Shown here piece by piece: positions 13,948-26,551 of a stretch of 64,000 nt of DNA. The stretch comes from Raja brachyura (taxonomy: Eukaryota), in the NCBI GenBank assembly GCA_963514005.1, contig OY740805.1, forward strand, positions 12,462,001-12,526,000. The letters run 5' to 3'. A program made the position numbers and the translations under genes. How positions within the stretch are numbered: the stretch's first letter is position 1; each line of letters begins with the position of its first letter. The notes under the pieces are model-generated. The model had not been told where the DNA came from and searched no databases. It was given only the letters and a program-made list of their open reading frames with translations.

Positions 13948-15643
13948 AACTGGATCCAACAGTACCTGCCGACCTCCATGGAGAAGTGCAAAATACTAAA
14001 GATCTGGCATCATGCAACAGTCATCGCTCTCCCAAAGCCAAACAAGCCAAAGGTTGATCCTAAAAGCTACCGGCCCATCTCGCTCCTCCGCATCCCATAC
14101 AAACTCCTTGAGAGGCTGATCCACGGGTATATCAACCCCATCATACACCCTCAACGACCCCACGAGCAGGCTGGTTTCTGCCAAGGTCGATCTACTGCGG
14201 ACCAGGTAACCCTCCTCACCCAAGACATCGAGGACTGCTTTGACATAAATGATCAGGCAGGAGCTGTTCTTATAGATCTGACAGCTGCCTATGACACCAT
14301 GTGGCACCAGGGACTAACTGCAAAGCTACCTCGGGTGCTGCATGATACACTACATCATGGAACTGATATCAAACCACAGCTTTGTGCTTTAGACCAGTGA
14401 TGGACAGCAGAGTAGGCTTCGTAGACTGAAGAATGGCGTCCCACAGGGATCCATCTTGGCTTTCAACATGTTTTCAACGTGTACATCCATGACCTCCCAG
14501 AGACCACCGTTGGAAAATATGGGTATGCTGACGATCTAGCCATCCTGATGGGACACAAAGAGTAGAAGACAATCGAAAGCTCCTTGAGTCAAGACATGGG
14601 GACTTTGGCAGTATATCTACGACAGTGGCGTCTAAAGCTGAGCGAAGGCAAAACAGTGTCAACGGTATTCCATCTAAACAACAAGGAAGCTAGGCGAGAG
14701 CTAGCTGTCTTCGTTAACAACAGGTGCTTGGACTTCCAACAAACACCCACTTACCTCGGCGTAATGCTAGACAGGTTGCTTACATTTCGTCAACACCTGG
14801 CTGGTCTCCGCTACAAGATCATGGCACGTAGCGGCCTCATCCGACCCCTGGCAGGAACAAGTTGGGGAGCCAGTCCCTCAACTCTTCGCACCTCTGCCTT
14901 ATCTCTTGTATAAGCCCCAGCTGAGTACTGTGCACCCATATGGAGTAGAAGTAGACATACTAGCCTAGTAGATAAAGCTTGAACAGCACCTTGCGAACCA
15001 TCACTGGGTGCCTTCAACCTACTCCAGTTGAGCAGCTCCCTATACTTGCAGGCATTTCGCTTGCAGGGATCCGAAGGCAAGCAGCAACTCTGGCACTATC
15101 ACATAGTGCCATGGACCCAGATAACCTCCTCCATCAGGCTATCAGCAGAGAGCAGAGGCCACCCCGACTGAAGTCCGGTCACCCCTTTGCTCCACATGGA
15201 AAACAACTCCTAGCATCCATCCATCCAGCCAACTGAGGCAAAAGCACACTGGATAGCCACCAAGTGGTCATGGGAGTGGAAGGCAACCTCATCTCCATTA
15301 CACAGCTTCATCTCTTCACCAGATAAAAGCTGCCCAGGGTCTGACCTCCCCAGAGGAGCATAGGTGAACCTCAACAGACTTCGTACTGGAGTTGGGCGTT
15401 TGAATGCAAACATGTATAGATGGGGACTCCGCCAGAGCCCAGCCTGTGAATGCAGAGCAGAACAACAGACAGCCAACCATGTCATCTCATGGTGGGTGGT
15501 AGAGCATGCCCACTCTACCACCCACCAAATGGAGTTCAGGGCCTGGCAGACATTGACGCCAACAGTGACAACAACCTGGCTGCTCAACACCCGGCTTGAG
15601 ATCTAACTATTCCTTTGGTTTATGTTTCATTCGCAAGTAGAAG
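13948..15643 (+). mobile_element. Vingi/Ingi-like (I-group) LINE, 5'-truncated pseudogene inserted into an old CR1
   Basis: KPNKPKVDPKSYRPISLL, EQAGF, DLTAAYDT, GVPQGS, YADD and C-terminal LNRLRTGVGR...SPACEC...QTANHVI; tail CATTCGCAAGTAGAAG; CR1 sequence resumes on both sides. Confidence 0.75.
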
Positions 15644-15949
15644 GTAATCTCTGCCGCAGAAGTGATCCCAATGGTCTAAGAATTTGAATTCCTGTCCACT
15701 GCCCCAAATTCTCAGCTACACATTCATCCATTCATTACTCATATTGCTACCCTCACTAACGTTTGACACTGGTTGTAATCCAGAGATTACCATCTGTGAG
15801 GTCCTGCATTTTAACCTTTTGCCGAACACCTTATATTTACTCCACAGGACATTATTCCATTTCCAGCACAACCAATACTGGTCATGGTTCATAGTAATGT
15901 TCAAGAGCTTGGTGATTCAAGAAGCTGTTCTTGCAACTGTAAATCATGG

Positions 15950-17900
15950 TTTTCACACCCCTCTACCTTCTTCCTGGAGGAAAATCAAGTCCAGATGGAA
16001 CAATGAAATTATTACTTGCAGCTGCACAACAGACTGCATGGTAAACATACTACATGGTAAGCAATGTAATAAACGAGAAAAAAAAGTTCATCGTGTATAT
16101 ATATACACATCTCACAAATATACATCTATACAGTTCATATATATATATATACACGCACACATATGTACTCACAAACAACAAACATTAATAGTGCAATAAT
16201 AGTCTATGTAGTTTAGAGCTTATTTGAGGTTGTAGTGTTTAATATCCTAATGGCTGTAGGGAAGAAGCTGTTCCTGAACCTAGACCTAACAGTTTTCAGG
16301 CTCCTGTTCCATCTTCCCGATGGCAGGGGTGAGATGAGTGTGTGGCCAGGATGCTGTGGGTCTCTGATGATGCTGGCTGCCTTTTTGAGGCAGAGACTCC
16401 TGTAAATACCTTTGATGAAGGGGAGGTCAGCATCCTTGATGGACTGGGCAGTGTACACAATAATTTGCAGTCTTCTTAGGTCCTGGGCATTTGTTGCCGA
16501 ACCAGGCCATGATGCAACCAGTCAAAATGCTCTCCACTGTACACCAATAAACTCTAAACTACAGAGACTTATATTGTTATTATTATTGCACTATTGCGAA
16601 TGATCTCCTGTAATGCCCTTCAATGGTGGGGACATAAGCACCCCTTATGGACTGGGTAGTGTCCACCCCTTATTATTAACTCCTTGATTCCTCGGCATTC
16701 GAATTGCTGAACCAGACAGCTGTAGAAGTTCAAGACAGAATTCATTGACAAACCGTGTCTACTCATTTTTCTAAGGAAGAAGAGGCATTGATGAGGCCCA
16801 TGAACATGAAGTTGTTGACTCTCGCCTCCACCAGCCCGTTCCCTTTCACAATTTAAACAGACGATTGATCTGCCTCCTATATTTCAGCTCATTAATACCT
16901 GTAATTTGTAGTGAATTTAACGATGGAGTAGAAGCTGGGTCTGACTACACAGTCATGGGCATAGAGTAAGTAGAGCAGGATACTGAGAACACAGCCTGAC
17001 GTATTCCTGTGCTGATGGTTTGGTTTAGCTTAGTTTAGGGATACAGCATGGAAACAGGCCCTTCGGTCCACCAAATATGCATCGACCAGCGATCCCCGCA
17101 CATTAACACTATCCTATGCATATTTGAGACAATTTACATTTATACAAAGCCAATTAAACCTGTACTTCTTTGGAGTGTAGGAAGAAACCGAAGATCTCAA
17201 ACAAAACTCACCCAGGTCACAGAGAGAACTTACAACCTCCGTCTAGAGAGCATCCATAGTCAGGATCGAACCCGGGTCTCTGGCGCTCTGTAAGGCAGCA
17301 ACTCTACCTCTGCACCGCTGTGTTGCCCATCGAGGAGGAAGTTCTTATCTATTATGGTCTGTTGTTGAGATGGTTAAGGACCCATTTGCATAGGGCTATG
17401 CAGAGATCCATTACCTTGAGCTTGGAAACAAGTTTGGAGTGGACGATGGTGTTGAACAAGAGCTGTCGTTTATAAACAGCAGCCAGCCATATGTTTTCAG
17501 TTTAGTTTTTGTTTAATTTATTGTTACATGTACCAAGTTACAGTGAAAAGCTTTTTTATTGTGGGCTCTGTGTATTGTTACAGGATAAAGGGAATATCGG
17601 TTAGTACAAGATAAAGCCCAGTAAAGTCCGATTAAGATAGTTCAAGGGTTTCCAATGAGTTAGATGGTAGAAGTGTTCTTACAGTCCAGTGCATAGTGGA
17701 GAGCCAGCCAGATCGCAACCTCTGTTGACATATTGTGTAGCATGGCAAATTGTACGGGGTCTTGCTAAGGTAGGAGGTGATATGCACCATATCTCACCTC
17801 TTAAAGCACCTCATCGCCACAGACATTGGTATCACCAACATGTTTGAGCATGTGACCTTACTCTTCTTGGGCACTGTACTGATGTCATTTTAAAGCATGT
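15950..17900 (-). mobile_element. Degenerate Rex1/Babar LINE fragments with an embedded SINE
   Basis: 16213-16458 reads CLKKAASIIRDPQHPGH..ISPLPSGR...RFRNSFFPTAIR, the typical Rex1/L2 C-terminus. Confidence 0.75.
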
Positions 17901-18129
17901 GGGGACTAATGAGAGGTTCGAGATGTCCACAGAATTCTTTCAGTCGTTCGAGGTTTGGTTCTCACTGATAGCTGAATATTAAGAGATGTCTGTCAGTTGG
18001 GATGTGCTCCCATTGTAAATATATAATAATGCAAATATTACCTGTCATGCTCTAAATATTGAAGCAGATAGTTATGACCACTGAAACTGTTGCTCGTTTA
18101 TTGTTATATTTGTGTATACAAATATAAAC

Positions 18130-20235
18130 CTGCCCTGTACTGCTGTGCACACATTGACAATTGTCTTGGTGTGTGCCCTGGGAACAGTCCATAGATAAGA
18201 GAGTCCTCTGTTGTACAGCTGCTGTGAGAGCCACTCTCACTACCAGTCAAGTTTGGTGCTTTAGAATTCTAACACTGACTATGACAGTGTACTGGTGTAT
18301 TGCGGTGGCCCCACCGTGATGTTGATGGCCAGAGGGGGAGAGCAAATCTAACTGGCAAAAAGAAGGTATAATGTGGCACTAACATTGAAGCTGTAATATT
18401 GAATTTTGAATTCACAATTAGAATAGAGAATGAAAGAATATAACAAGAAACTATTTAGAGCGAGAGTGAACCACGTAAGGGGGGAATATATGGGAATTGC
18501 AAGCAACTAAATGTCAGAAATACATTGGATAGTTCTGTTGTGATGTTTATTGAGTCAGGGATTGAGCGCAAATTCTGCCCCCCACTATTACAGATTGCGC
18601 AGTCAAGTATTCTGCATTTGAGAACAATGCAAACATCAGCATAAGAAGTATAATGCCTTTGCCAAGTCCTGGGAGTGCATTTAAAAACATTTAAAAATAA
18701 ACTTAATTTGTGATTTTTTTAAAATACACAAATACTTACAAAACTCTTAGTACATTTTCGTTGTCTATGCATTCAACAAGTAGTGTTAGCACCTCTTTCT
18801 CTTCACGCATTGCCCCATTGCCATTCATGGGACTCTCTAGTGTGATGTCCTTTCCCTTACTTGTGAGGAGTTTCCACTGGACTCAGCCTCTCAATGTCAG
18901 CAGCAGAAGACACTTTGACTGTGGTCGTCCCCCATCATGGCATTGTGATGGCTGATCTAGCTTCACAGAGTCTCTCAGCAGATATTTCTACAGTCTGGAA
19001 AGGGTCAGTCAGCAACATTCTCTTGCAGACAGCTTGCTGTGCTAGGAGATCAACACATTTCAGGCAGACCAAGGAGTGTCTTTCACTGAAGTGATGGTCT
19101 TCCAGCAGCACTTGATGTCCGTCTCCAAATGCATCCCTGGTAACAGCCGGTAATTTAGAGAGTCATATGTTAGGAGACGGCTTAGGATGAAACCTGACAA
19201 GGGCCCTTGCAATTTCCTCTGTAAAGAGGTGGGCAACAGTCATAGCATAGCCACTGCCCAAGGACAGTGTGCATCAGGAATAAGACTCAAGAGGAAGGAT
19301 GTGACTGGGAGGACCCCTCTCAACACCTGACAAGCAAAGTTTTGATGCCTGGATGTTCCACACTGACCACTGCACTTGTGGTCAAATGTGTTGGTCCAGA
19401 AGAACGTTTCCACAAAGGACAAGGTGGTGTGGCAATGTCCATCCTTTGCAACACTAGGGACAGGTAACACTTGGTGCCTACATGCTTTGGATCTATGCAC
19501 AGCCTGGATGAGAGATATGTTGTGTGTGATTTTGTCCCAATGTCTGAATTTGTGCATTGTGAGCTTTGGATCCACTCCATTTTTGGTCACCAGGACAGAG
19601 GTGCAGGGGACAGGCCACACCTGCGCAAATATAGTCATCTTGAGAGCACCTCACACATGGTGACCAAGTGGGAACATTGCTTCTGTGCTGCCCGGTGCTT
19701 ATCGGCTCCATCCAAATGTAGTTGCTTGTTTGGCCCCTCCAAACCAAATCCCTTCAGGTAATCGGACCTGATGGTGAAAAGGACAAGCAGTTCATTGGGC
19801 CAGTTGGTGAAGAGCAAAACCTTGCTCTTCCTGCGGTTGACTCTGGCTGCCGATGCCAGCTAAGACTTGTCATAGCTGCTAATCAATCTGCGACCAACAA
19901 TGGATCCCAGCAGAAGACGAGACATGTCCATGACTTTGATCTGAATCCCACTGTCTGGCAATGTCATCTATCTTCAGGGTACTGATTGTGGATGATCAGC
20001 CATGATCACAGTGAATGGTGGTTCTCTCTCGAAGAGCCAAATGGCCTCCTCCTGCACCTATTGTTTATTGTCTCATTCTTGCCATGGGCCAGGCATTCTA
20101 TCCTGTCCACCATTCTATCCTGTGCATAGGCAATAGTATCCATGAGCAATGGAAACCAGCTGCTCCTCGACTGTGGGGCAAGTAGCACCCTTGTTGGAGC
20201 CGTTCCACTCACGTGAGGTGCCACTAACAACTCTG
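18130..20235 (-). mobile_element. Tx1/L1-clade LINE ORF2 relics; more at 25490-26040, 32590-32930 and 33420-33700
   Basis: EDSLIYGLFPG, KTITSVKD..WSA and FVETFFWTNTFDHK; the 33.5-kb copy reads VTEDSLICKLF...CWKNINLIKD. Confidence 0.7.
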
Positions 20236-20756
20236 GCGAGGGGGGGGGGGGCTATGAATAGCGGGAGCGGGAGAGAGGCAGCGATTAGTCGAGGCGCGGA
20301 TTAGATGTGAGGTGCGAGGTTTAGTTAAATTGAGGTAAGGTTAAGGTGTGAGGTGAGGTTTATTTGAGGCGCGAGGTTTAGTGAGGTACGGTTTAGTTGA
20401 GGCGAGGTTTAGGTGTGCGTTGAGGTTTGGTAGTGAGGTATCGTCGAGGCGAGGGTATTAGTCAAGGTGTAGGTGAGGGGAAGTGAGCGTAGGTGAGGTG
20501 AGGAGAAGTGGGTGTCTGAGCTCAGGAACGGAGACCGAGGTGCTGCTGAAGGAGACGAGACCACTACCTTCTGTAGCAGAGAATTCCACAAATTCACAAC
20601 TCTGGGTGAACACGTTTTTTCTCATCTCACTGCTGGGCAAAGAGACGTTTCTGGTAGCTGTATGAGGATTATGAAGGGTTTGGACATGCTAGAGGCAGAA
20701 AACATGTTTCCAATGCTGGGAGAGCCCAGAACCAGGGGCCACAGTTTAAGAATAAC

Positions 20757-20900
20757 CTTCACGTAGGCAACCTTCACGTGGTCCGCCATGTTTCGACGAA
20801 TGCAATCGACCTGGCATGCTCAATCAAGTAAGATCAAGTAGAACTAGTCGTCCTACAACTTTAGGCTGTGCACGCCATACGCAAGAAGAAGAAGAAGAAG
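20757..20900 (+). mobile_element. Short (GAA)n-tailed retroelement, probably mobilised by Vingi, inserted in a CR1 3' end
   Basis: Ends CATACGCAAGAAGAAGAAGAAGAAG, similar to the Vingi-like tail at 15628-15643; splits the CR1 sequence AGAATAA|GTGTAGGCCA. Confidence 0.6.
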
Positions 20901-21574
20901 GTGTAGGCCAATTAGAACGGAGATAAGGAAATACTTTTTCACAGTTATGAATAGACAATAGGCGTAGGAGTAGGCCATTCGGCCCTTCAAGCCAGCACCG
21001 CCATTCAATGTGATCGTGGCTGATAATCAACAATCAGTACCTCGTTCCTGCCTTCGCCCCAGATCCCCTGACTCCGCTATCTTCAAGAGTGTATTGGCAG
21101 TGGAGGCCAATTCTCTGGAGGCTTTCAAGAGAAAGATAGATAGAGCTCTTAAAGATGGCAGAGTCAAGGGATATGGGGAGAAGGCAGGAATGGGGCACTG
21201 ATTGTGGATGATCATAGAAATGTCTATTGTCTCTTTCATGAAATGTATATCTTTAGTGGGTTGCTTTACTGCTGATGTGTTAGAAAAATTCTAAGCTTCT
21301 GATTTATAAACTACCAGCAGAAAGCTTGAGAATCACTTTTAATTTATTGAAAATGCAGGGGCATTTTGCCCCCTGAACTCCCACCAGGGCGCTGCCCCAG
21401 ATCATGCCGGGGGCCTAGCCTGCCTGTCGTGGAACAACCCTATTGAAGAAGATAACAGTGGTTACCCAGACCTTGTTGCTGGTTGCGAAGGGGCCCCCAT
21501 AACAGTTCAAGCTTCAGGGCCCCAAAAATGTAGGTCCGCCACTGCCCCCCCCCCCCCCTCCGGCAGGTGGCCCA

Positions 21575-21812
21575 CAGACCGGGTGAGTGAGGGCGGTCGC
21601 GGTTCATCTGCAGTTCTGCCACCGGCCTCTAGGGGTCAGCCCGCACCCAGTGGGATAAATCAGCTCCACCAATAGCGCAGTTCACCCGGCAACTGATGAC
21701 GCATGTGGGTCTCAGCTTGTGATTGGACAATACGGGTAGGAAAGAGAACAACATGACATGGTGTCAATAGTTTCTGTAGATTGATGCCAGGAACCGCAGA
21801 TGATTGGATTCA
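21575..21812 (-). pseudogene. Candidate decayed Ig-like (C2-set/Siglec-type) exon; paralogs at 26526-26551 plus 27926-28140, 34640-35030 and 36245-36580
   Basis: Minus-strand translation of the 28-kb copy is NYWHHVMLFSFLPVLSNH...LISCRVNFAVGG, resembling the S.L.F.P...H....C.V.F C-half of C2-set domains; stops and frameshifts present. Confidence 0.4.
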
Positions 21813-21868
21813 AGTAGGTTTAGGTTTCCTATTGTGTAGGAAAGAACTTCAGATGCTGGTTTAAATTG

Positions 21869-24062
21869 GCCCAGTGGTGAGTGTCTGCCCCAGTGGTGAG
21901 TGTCTGCCCCAGTGGTGAGTGTCTGCTCCAGTGGTGAGTGTCTGCCCCAGTGGTGAGTGTCTGCTCCAGTGGAGAGTGTCTGCCCCCAGTGGTGAGTGTC
22001 TGCCCCAGTGGAGAGTGTCTGATCCAGTGGAGAGTGTCTGCCCCAGTGGTGAGTGTCTGCCCCCAGTGGTGAGTGTCTGCCCCAGTGGAGAGTGTCTGCT
22101 CCCAGTGGAGAGTGTCTGCCCCAGTGGTGAGTGTCTGCCCCAGTGGTGAGTGTCTGCTCCCAGTGGAGAGTGTCTGCCCCCAGTGGTGAGTGTCTGCCCC
22201 AGTGGTGAGTGTCTGCCCCAGTGGTGAGTGTCTGCTCCAGTGGAGAGTGTCTGCCCCCAGTGGTGAGTGTCTGCCCCAGTGGTGAGTGTCTGCCCCAGTG
22301 GTGAGTGTCTGCTCCCAGTGGAGAGTGTCTGATCCAGTGGAGAGTGTCTGCTCCAGTGGAGAGTGTCTGCCTCAGTGGTGAGTGTCTGCCCCAGTGGAGA
22401 GTGTCTGCCCCCAGTGGAGAGTGTCTGCCCCCAGTGGAGAGTGTCTGCTCCCAGTGGAGAGTGTCTGCTCCCAGTGGAGAGTGTCTGCCCCCAGTGGAGA
22501 GTGTCTGCTCCCAGTGGAGAGTGTCTGCTCCAGTGGAGAGTGTCTGCTCCCAGTGGAGAGTGTCTGCCCCCAGTGGAGAGTGTCTGCTCCCAGTGGAGAG
22601 TGTCTGCTCCAGTGGTGAGTGTCTGCCCCAGTGGAGAGTGTCTGCTCCAGTGGTGAGTGTCTGCTCCCAGTGGAGAGTGTCTGCTCCCAGTGGAGAGTGT
22701 CTGCTCCAGTGGTGAGTGTCTTCTCCCAGTGGTGAGTGTCTGCTCCAGTGGTGAGTGTCTGCTCCAGTGGTGAGTGTCTGCTCCAGTGGTGAGTGTCTGC
22801 CCCAGTGGAGAGTGTCTGCTCCAGTGGAGAGTGTCTGCTCCAGTGGAGAGTGTCTGCCCCAGTGGTGAATGTCTGCTCCAGTGGTGAGTGTCTGCTCCAG
22901 TGGAGAGTGTCTGCTCCAGTGGAGAGTGTCTGCTCCAGTGGTGACTGTCTGCTCCAGTGGTGACTGTCTGCTCCAGTGGAGAGTGTCTGCCCCAGTGGAG
23001 AGTGTCTGCTCCCAGTGGAGAGTGTCTACTCCCAGTGGAGAGTGTCTGCCCCCAGTGGTGAGTGTCTGCCCCAGTGGAGAGTGTCTGCTCCAGTGGAGCA
23101 TGTCTGCTCCCAGTTGAGAGTGTCTGCTCCAGTGGTGAGTGTCTGCTCCCAGTGGAGAGTGTCTGCTCCAGTGCAGAGTGTCTGCCCGCAGTGGTGAGTG
23201 TCTGCCCCCAGTGGTGAGTGTCTGCTCCCAGTGGTGAGTGTCTGCCCCCAGTGGTGAGTGTCTGCTCCAGTGGAGAGTGTCTGCCCCAGTGGTGAGTGTC
23301 TGCTCCCAGTGGAGAGTGTCTGCTCCCAGTGGAGAGTGTCTGCCCCCAGTGGTGAGTGTCTGCCCCAGTGGTGATTGTCTGCCCCAGTGGAGAGTGTCTG
23401 CTCCAGTGGAGAGTGTCTGCTCCAGTGGAGAGTGTCTGCCCCAGTGGTGAATGTCTGCTCCAGTGGTGAGTGTCTGCTCCAGTGGAGAGTGTCTGCTCCA
23501 GTGGAGAGTGTCTGCTCCAGTGGTGACTGTCTGCTCCAGTGGTGACTGTCTGCTCCAGTGGAGAGTGTCTGCCCCAGTGGAGAGTGTCTGCTCCCAGTGG
23601 AGAGTGTCTACTCCCAGTGGAGAGTGTCTGCCCCCAGTGGAGAGTGTCTGCCCCCAGTGGTGAGTGTCTGCCCCAGTGGAGAGTGTCTGCTCCAGTGGAG
23701 CGTGTCTGCTCCCAGTTGAGAGTGTCTGCTCCAGTGGTGAGTGTCTGCTCCCAGTGGAGAGTGTCTGCTCCAGTGCAGAGTGTCTGCCCGCAGTGGTGAG
23801 TGTCTGCCCCCAGTGGTGAGTGTCTGCTCCCAGTGGTGAGTGTCTGCCCCCAGTGGAGAGTGTCTGCCCCAGTGGAGAGTGTCTGCCCCAGTGGTGAGTG
23901 TCTGCTCCCAGTGGAGAGTGTCTGCTCCCAGTGGAGAGTGTCTGCCCCCAGTGGTGAGTGTCTGCCCCAGTGGTGAGTGTCTGCTCCAGTGGAGAGTGTC
24001 TGCTCCAGTGGTGAGTGTCTGCTCCCAGTGGTGAGTGTCTGCCCCCAGTGATGAGTGTCTGC
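21869..24062. repeat. Minisatellite of 19/20-bp units, consensus CAGTGG(A/T)GAGTGTCTGC(T/C)C(C), about 2.2 kb
   Basis: Directly visible tandem array. Confidence 0.98.
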
Positions 24063-24451
24063 TTTGAGCCAACAGTGCGATAGGTGGGATAGGGTTGAGC
24101 TCTGCGTTCAGGTCAGAGAGGAATTACAGAACCAAGCCCGTGTGAGGATCACACTGGGAATGAAGTGGAAACACTGCCGCCCCCATCACAAGGACAGCGG
24201 GCACCTTCCCTCCGGGTGCCTGGACCCCTCTCTGCACCAATTGGTGGGCCACAGGTGGGGCTGCTGGGCACTGACTGAAAACCCCATAGGTGCCAGAGAC
24301 CAGCACCACTCTTCCCAGACCAAGCTCCCATTGAAGCCCCTGACCCACTGTGGAGCTGCAGGAGATCAGGGGAATTGCTGCGGGAAGGACCACCCACGGC
24401 CTGTTTCCATGCTGTCAGCTCTGTGGCTCATGGAGCTCCCAAACAGGCCCT

Positions 24452-24624
24452 TCAGTCCATCCAATCAGGTAGCAGACTGACACTCATCTGTCCCCTGGCA
24501 GTCTGCGGATCAAAATAAATGAGTCCCAGTGTTATGCTGTATAAGTTCTCTGGCAACGGGGAGAAAGCATACCCGTCATCACCCTTATCCTGAGGGCCAA
24601 ACTCATGTGTGACTGCATCAGGTT
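24452..24624 (-). pseudogene. Candidate terminal exon encoding a tyrosine-motif cytoplasmic tail
   Basis: Acceptor GCTTTGTTTCTTTGCAG| then open frame EPDAVTHEFGPQDKGDDGYAFSPLPENLYSITLGLIYFDP...*; no TE similarity recognised. Confidence 0.35.
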
Positions 24625-24837
24625 CTGCAAAGAAACAAAGCACATGGTCACTAAGTGGGCGACACAGTGCGCACAGCGGTAGAGTTGCGGCCTTAGAGCG
24701 GCAGAGATTCGGTTGAATCCTGACTCTGTGTGCTTTTCTGTACAGTTTGTACGTTCTCCCAGTAACCACGTGAGTTTGCTCTCGGTGCTCTCGGTGCTCC
24801 GGTGTCTTCCTACTTCCAAAGACGTACGGGTTGTAGG

Positions 24838-25490
24838 GTAGACACAAAATGCTGGAGTAACTCAGGGGGTCAGGCAGCATCTCTGGAGAGAAGGAATGGG
24901 CGACGTTTTGGGTCGAGATCCTTCTTCAGACTGATGTCAGGGGAGGGGGCAGGTCAACGATAGAATGTAGTCAACAACAGTAAGGCTCGTGGGAGAACTG
25001 GGAAGGGGGAGGGGATGGAGGGAGAGGGAAAGCAAGGGCTATATAAAGTTAGAGAAGTCAATGTTCATACCACTGGGGCTACCACTGTAAGCTACCCAAG
25101 CGAAATATGAGGTGCTGTTCCTCCAATTTGCACTGGGCCTCACTGACAATGGAGGAGGTCCAGGACAGAAAGGTCAGATTGGGATGGGAGGGATAGTTGA
25201 AGTTCTGTGCCACCAGGAGATCAAGGTGGACTGAGCAGAGGTGTTCAGCGAAATCATTGCCATGCCTGTGCTTGGTGTCACCGATGTAGAGAAGTTGACA
25301 CCTGGAAGAGCGGATACCGTCAATGAGACTGGAGGAGATGCAAGTGACAAATTGACCAGGGAGTTACGGAGGGAACGGTCTCTGCGGAAAACAGAAAGGG
25401 GAGGAGATGGGAAGTTGTGGCCAGTGGTCGGATCCCGTTGGAGGTGGCAAACATGCCGGAAAATTATATATTGTACCCACTGAGGTAAGG
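24838..25490 (-). mobile_element. Penelope-like element 3' fragment with pseudo-LTR
   Basis: 25174-25512 reads HLQRDPTTGHNFPSPPLSVFRRDRSLRNSLV, homologous to the 27-kb copy. Confidence 0.8.
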
Positions 25491-26095
25491 ACTGGCTGCC
25501 AGGATAATCCAATGATACCTCAAGAGAGATAACATTGCCAGACAGTGGGGGTTCAGATCAATGCTGATGGACCATATACATGGACATGTCTCGTCTTCTG
25601 CAGGGACCTATAGTTGGTCCGCAGATTGATTAACAGCTATGACCAGTCTTAGCAGTGGTAGCCAGAGTCAACCGCAGGAAGAGCAAGGCTACGCTCTTTG
25701 GCAACTGGCCCAATCAATTACCTGACCCTTTCATCATCAGATCTGATTACCTGAAGGGATCTGGATTGGAGGGGCCAAAACAAGCAACTACATTTGGACC
25801 TAACCGATAATCACCAGCAGTGCCAAACAGGCAGCGCAGAAGCAATCAAAGATACTAGAGGATCTTTGGTATCCCACTCGAGAACTGGTTAAAACTTGAT
25901 CATCATGTGTGGGGTGCTCTCAAGGTGGCTATATTTGCCATGGGCCAGGCAGGTGTGCACCATTCTATCTTGTACATAGGCAATAGTACCCATGAGCAGT
26001 GGAAACCCGTTGCTCCTCGACTGTGGATTCCTCGCATGTAGCACGGTTTGATCAGTGATTGAATGATTCTCCCCCCCCCCCCCCCCCCACCCGGC

Positions 26096-26522
26096 AGGTG
26101 TCGGCTTGTACTCGCTAGAATTTAGAAGATTGAGGGGGTATCTTATAGAAACATACAAAATTCTTAACGGGTTGGACTAGATGCAGAAAGATTGTTCCCG
26201 ATGTTGGGGAAGTCCAGGACAAGAGGTTACAGTTTAAGGATAAGGGGGAAATCTTTTAGGACCGATATGAGAAAAACATTTTTCACACAGAGAGTGGTGA
26301 GTCTCTGGAATTCTCTGCCACGGAAGGTAGTTGAGGCTAGTTCATTGGCTATATTGAAGAGGGAGTTAGATGTGGCCCTTGTGGCTAGAGGGATCAGGGA
26401 GTATGGAGAGAAGGCAGGTACGGGATACTGAGTTGGATGATCAGCCATGATCATATTGAATGGCGGTGCAGGCTCGAAGAGCCGAATGGCCTACTCCTGC
26501 ACCTAATTTCTATGTTTCTATG
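26096..26522 (+). mobile_element. CR1 3' end
   Basis: RTRGYSLRIRG...FFTQRVVSLWNSLP; (TTTCTATG)2 tail. Confidence 0.9.
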
Positions 26523-26551
26523 GGTCCCACAGAACGGGTGAGTGAGGGCGG

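Noticed and set aside
21240-21544. Complete hAT MITE ending TCCGCCACTG
   Set aside because: Only one TIR-like end was found, with no partner or TSD, so it is left as an uncalled fragment
21764-24072. Long ORFs (445 aa and others) across the 19/20-bp arrays, also at 31.2-32.3 kb
   Set aside because: Stop-free frames are a by-product of the repeat unit; mixed 19/20-bp units shift frame constantly, so there is no coding constraint
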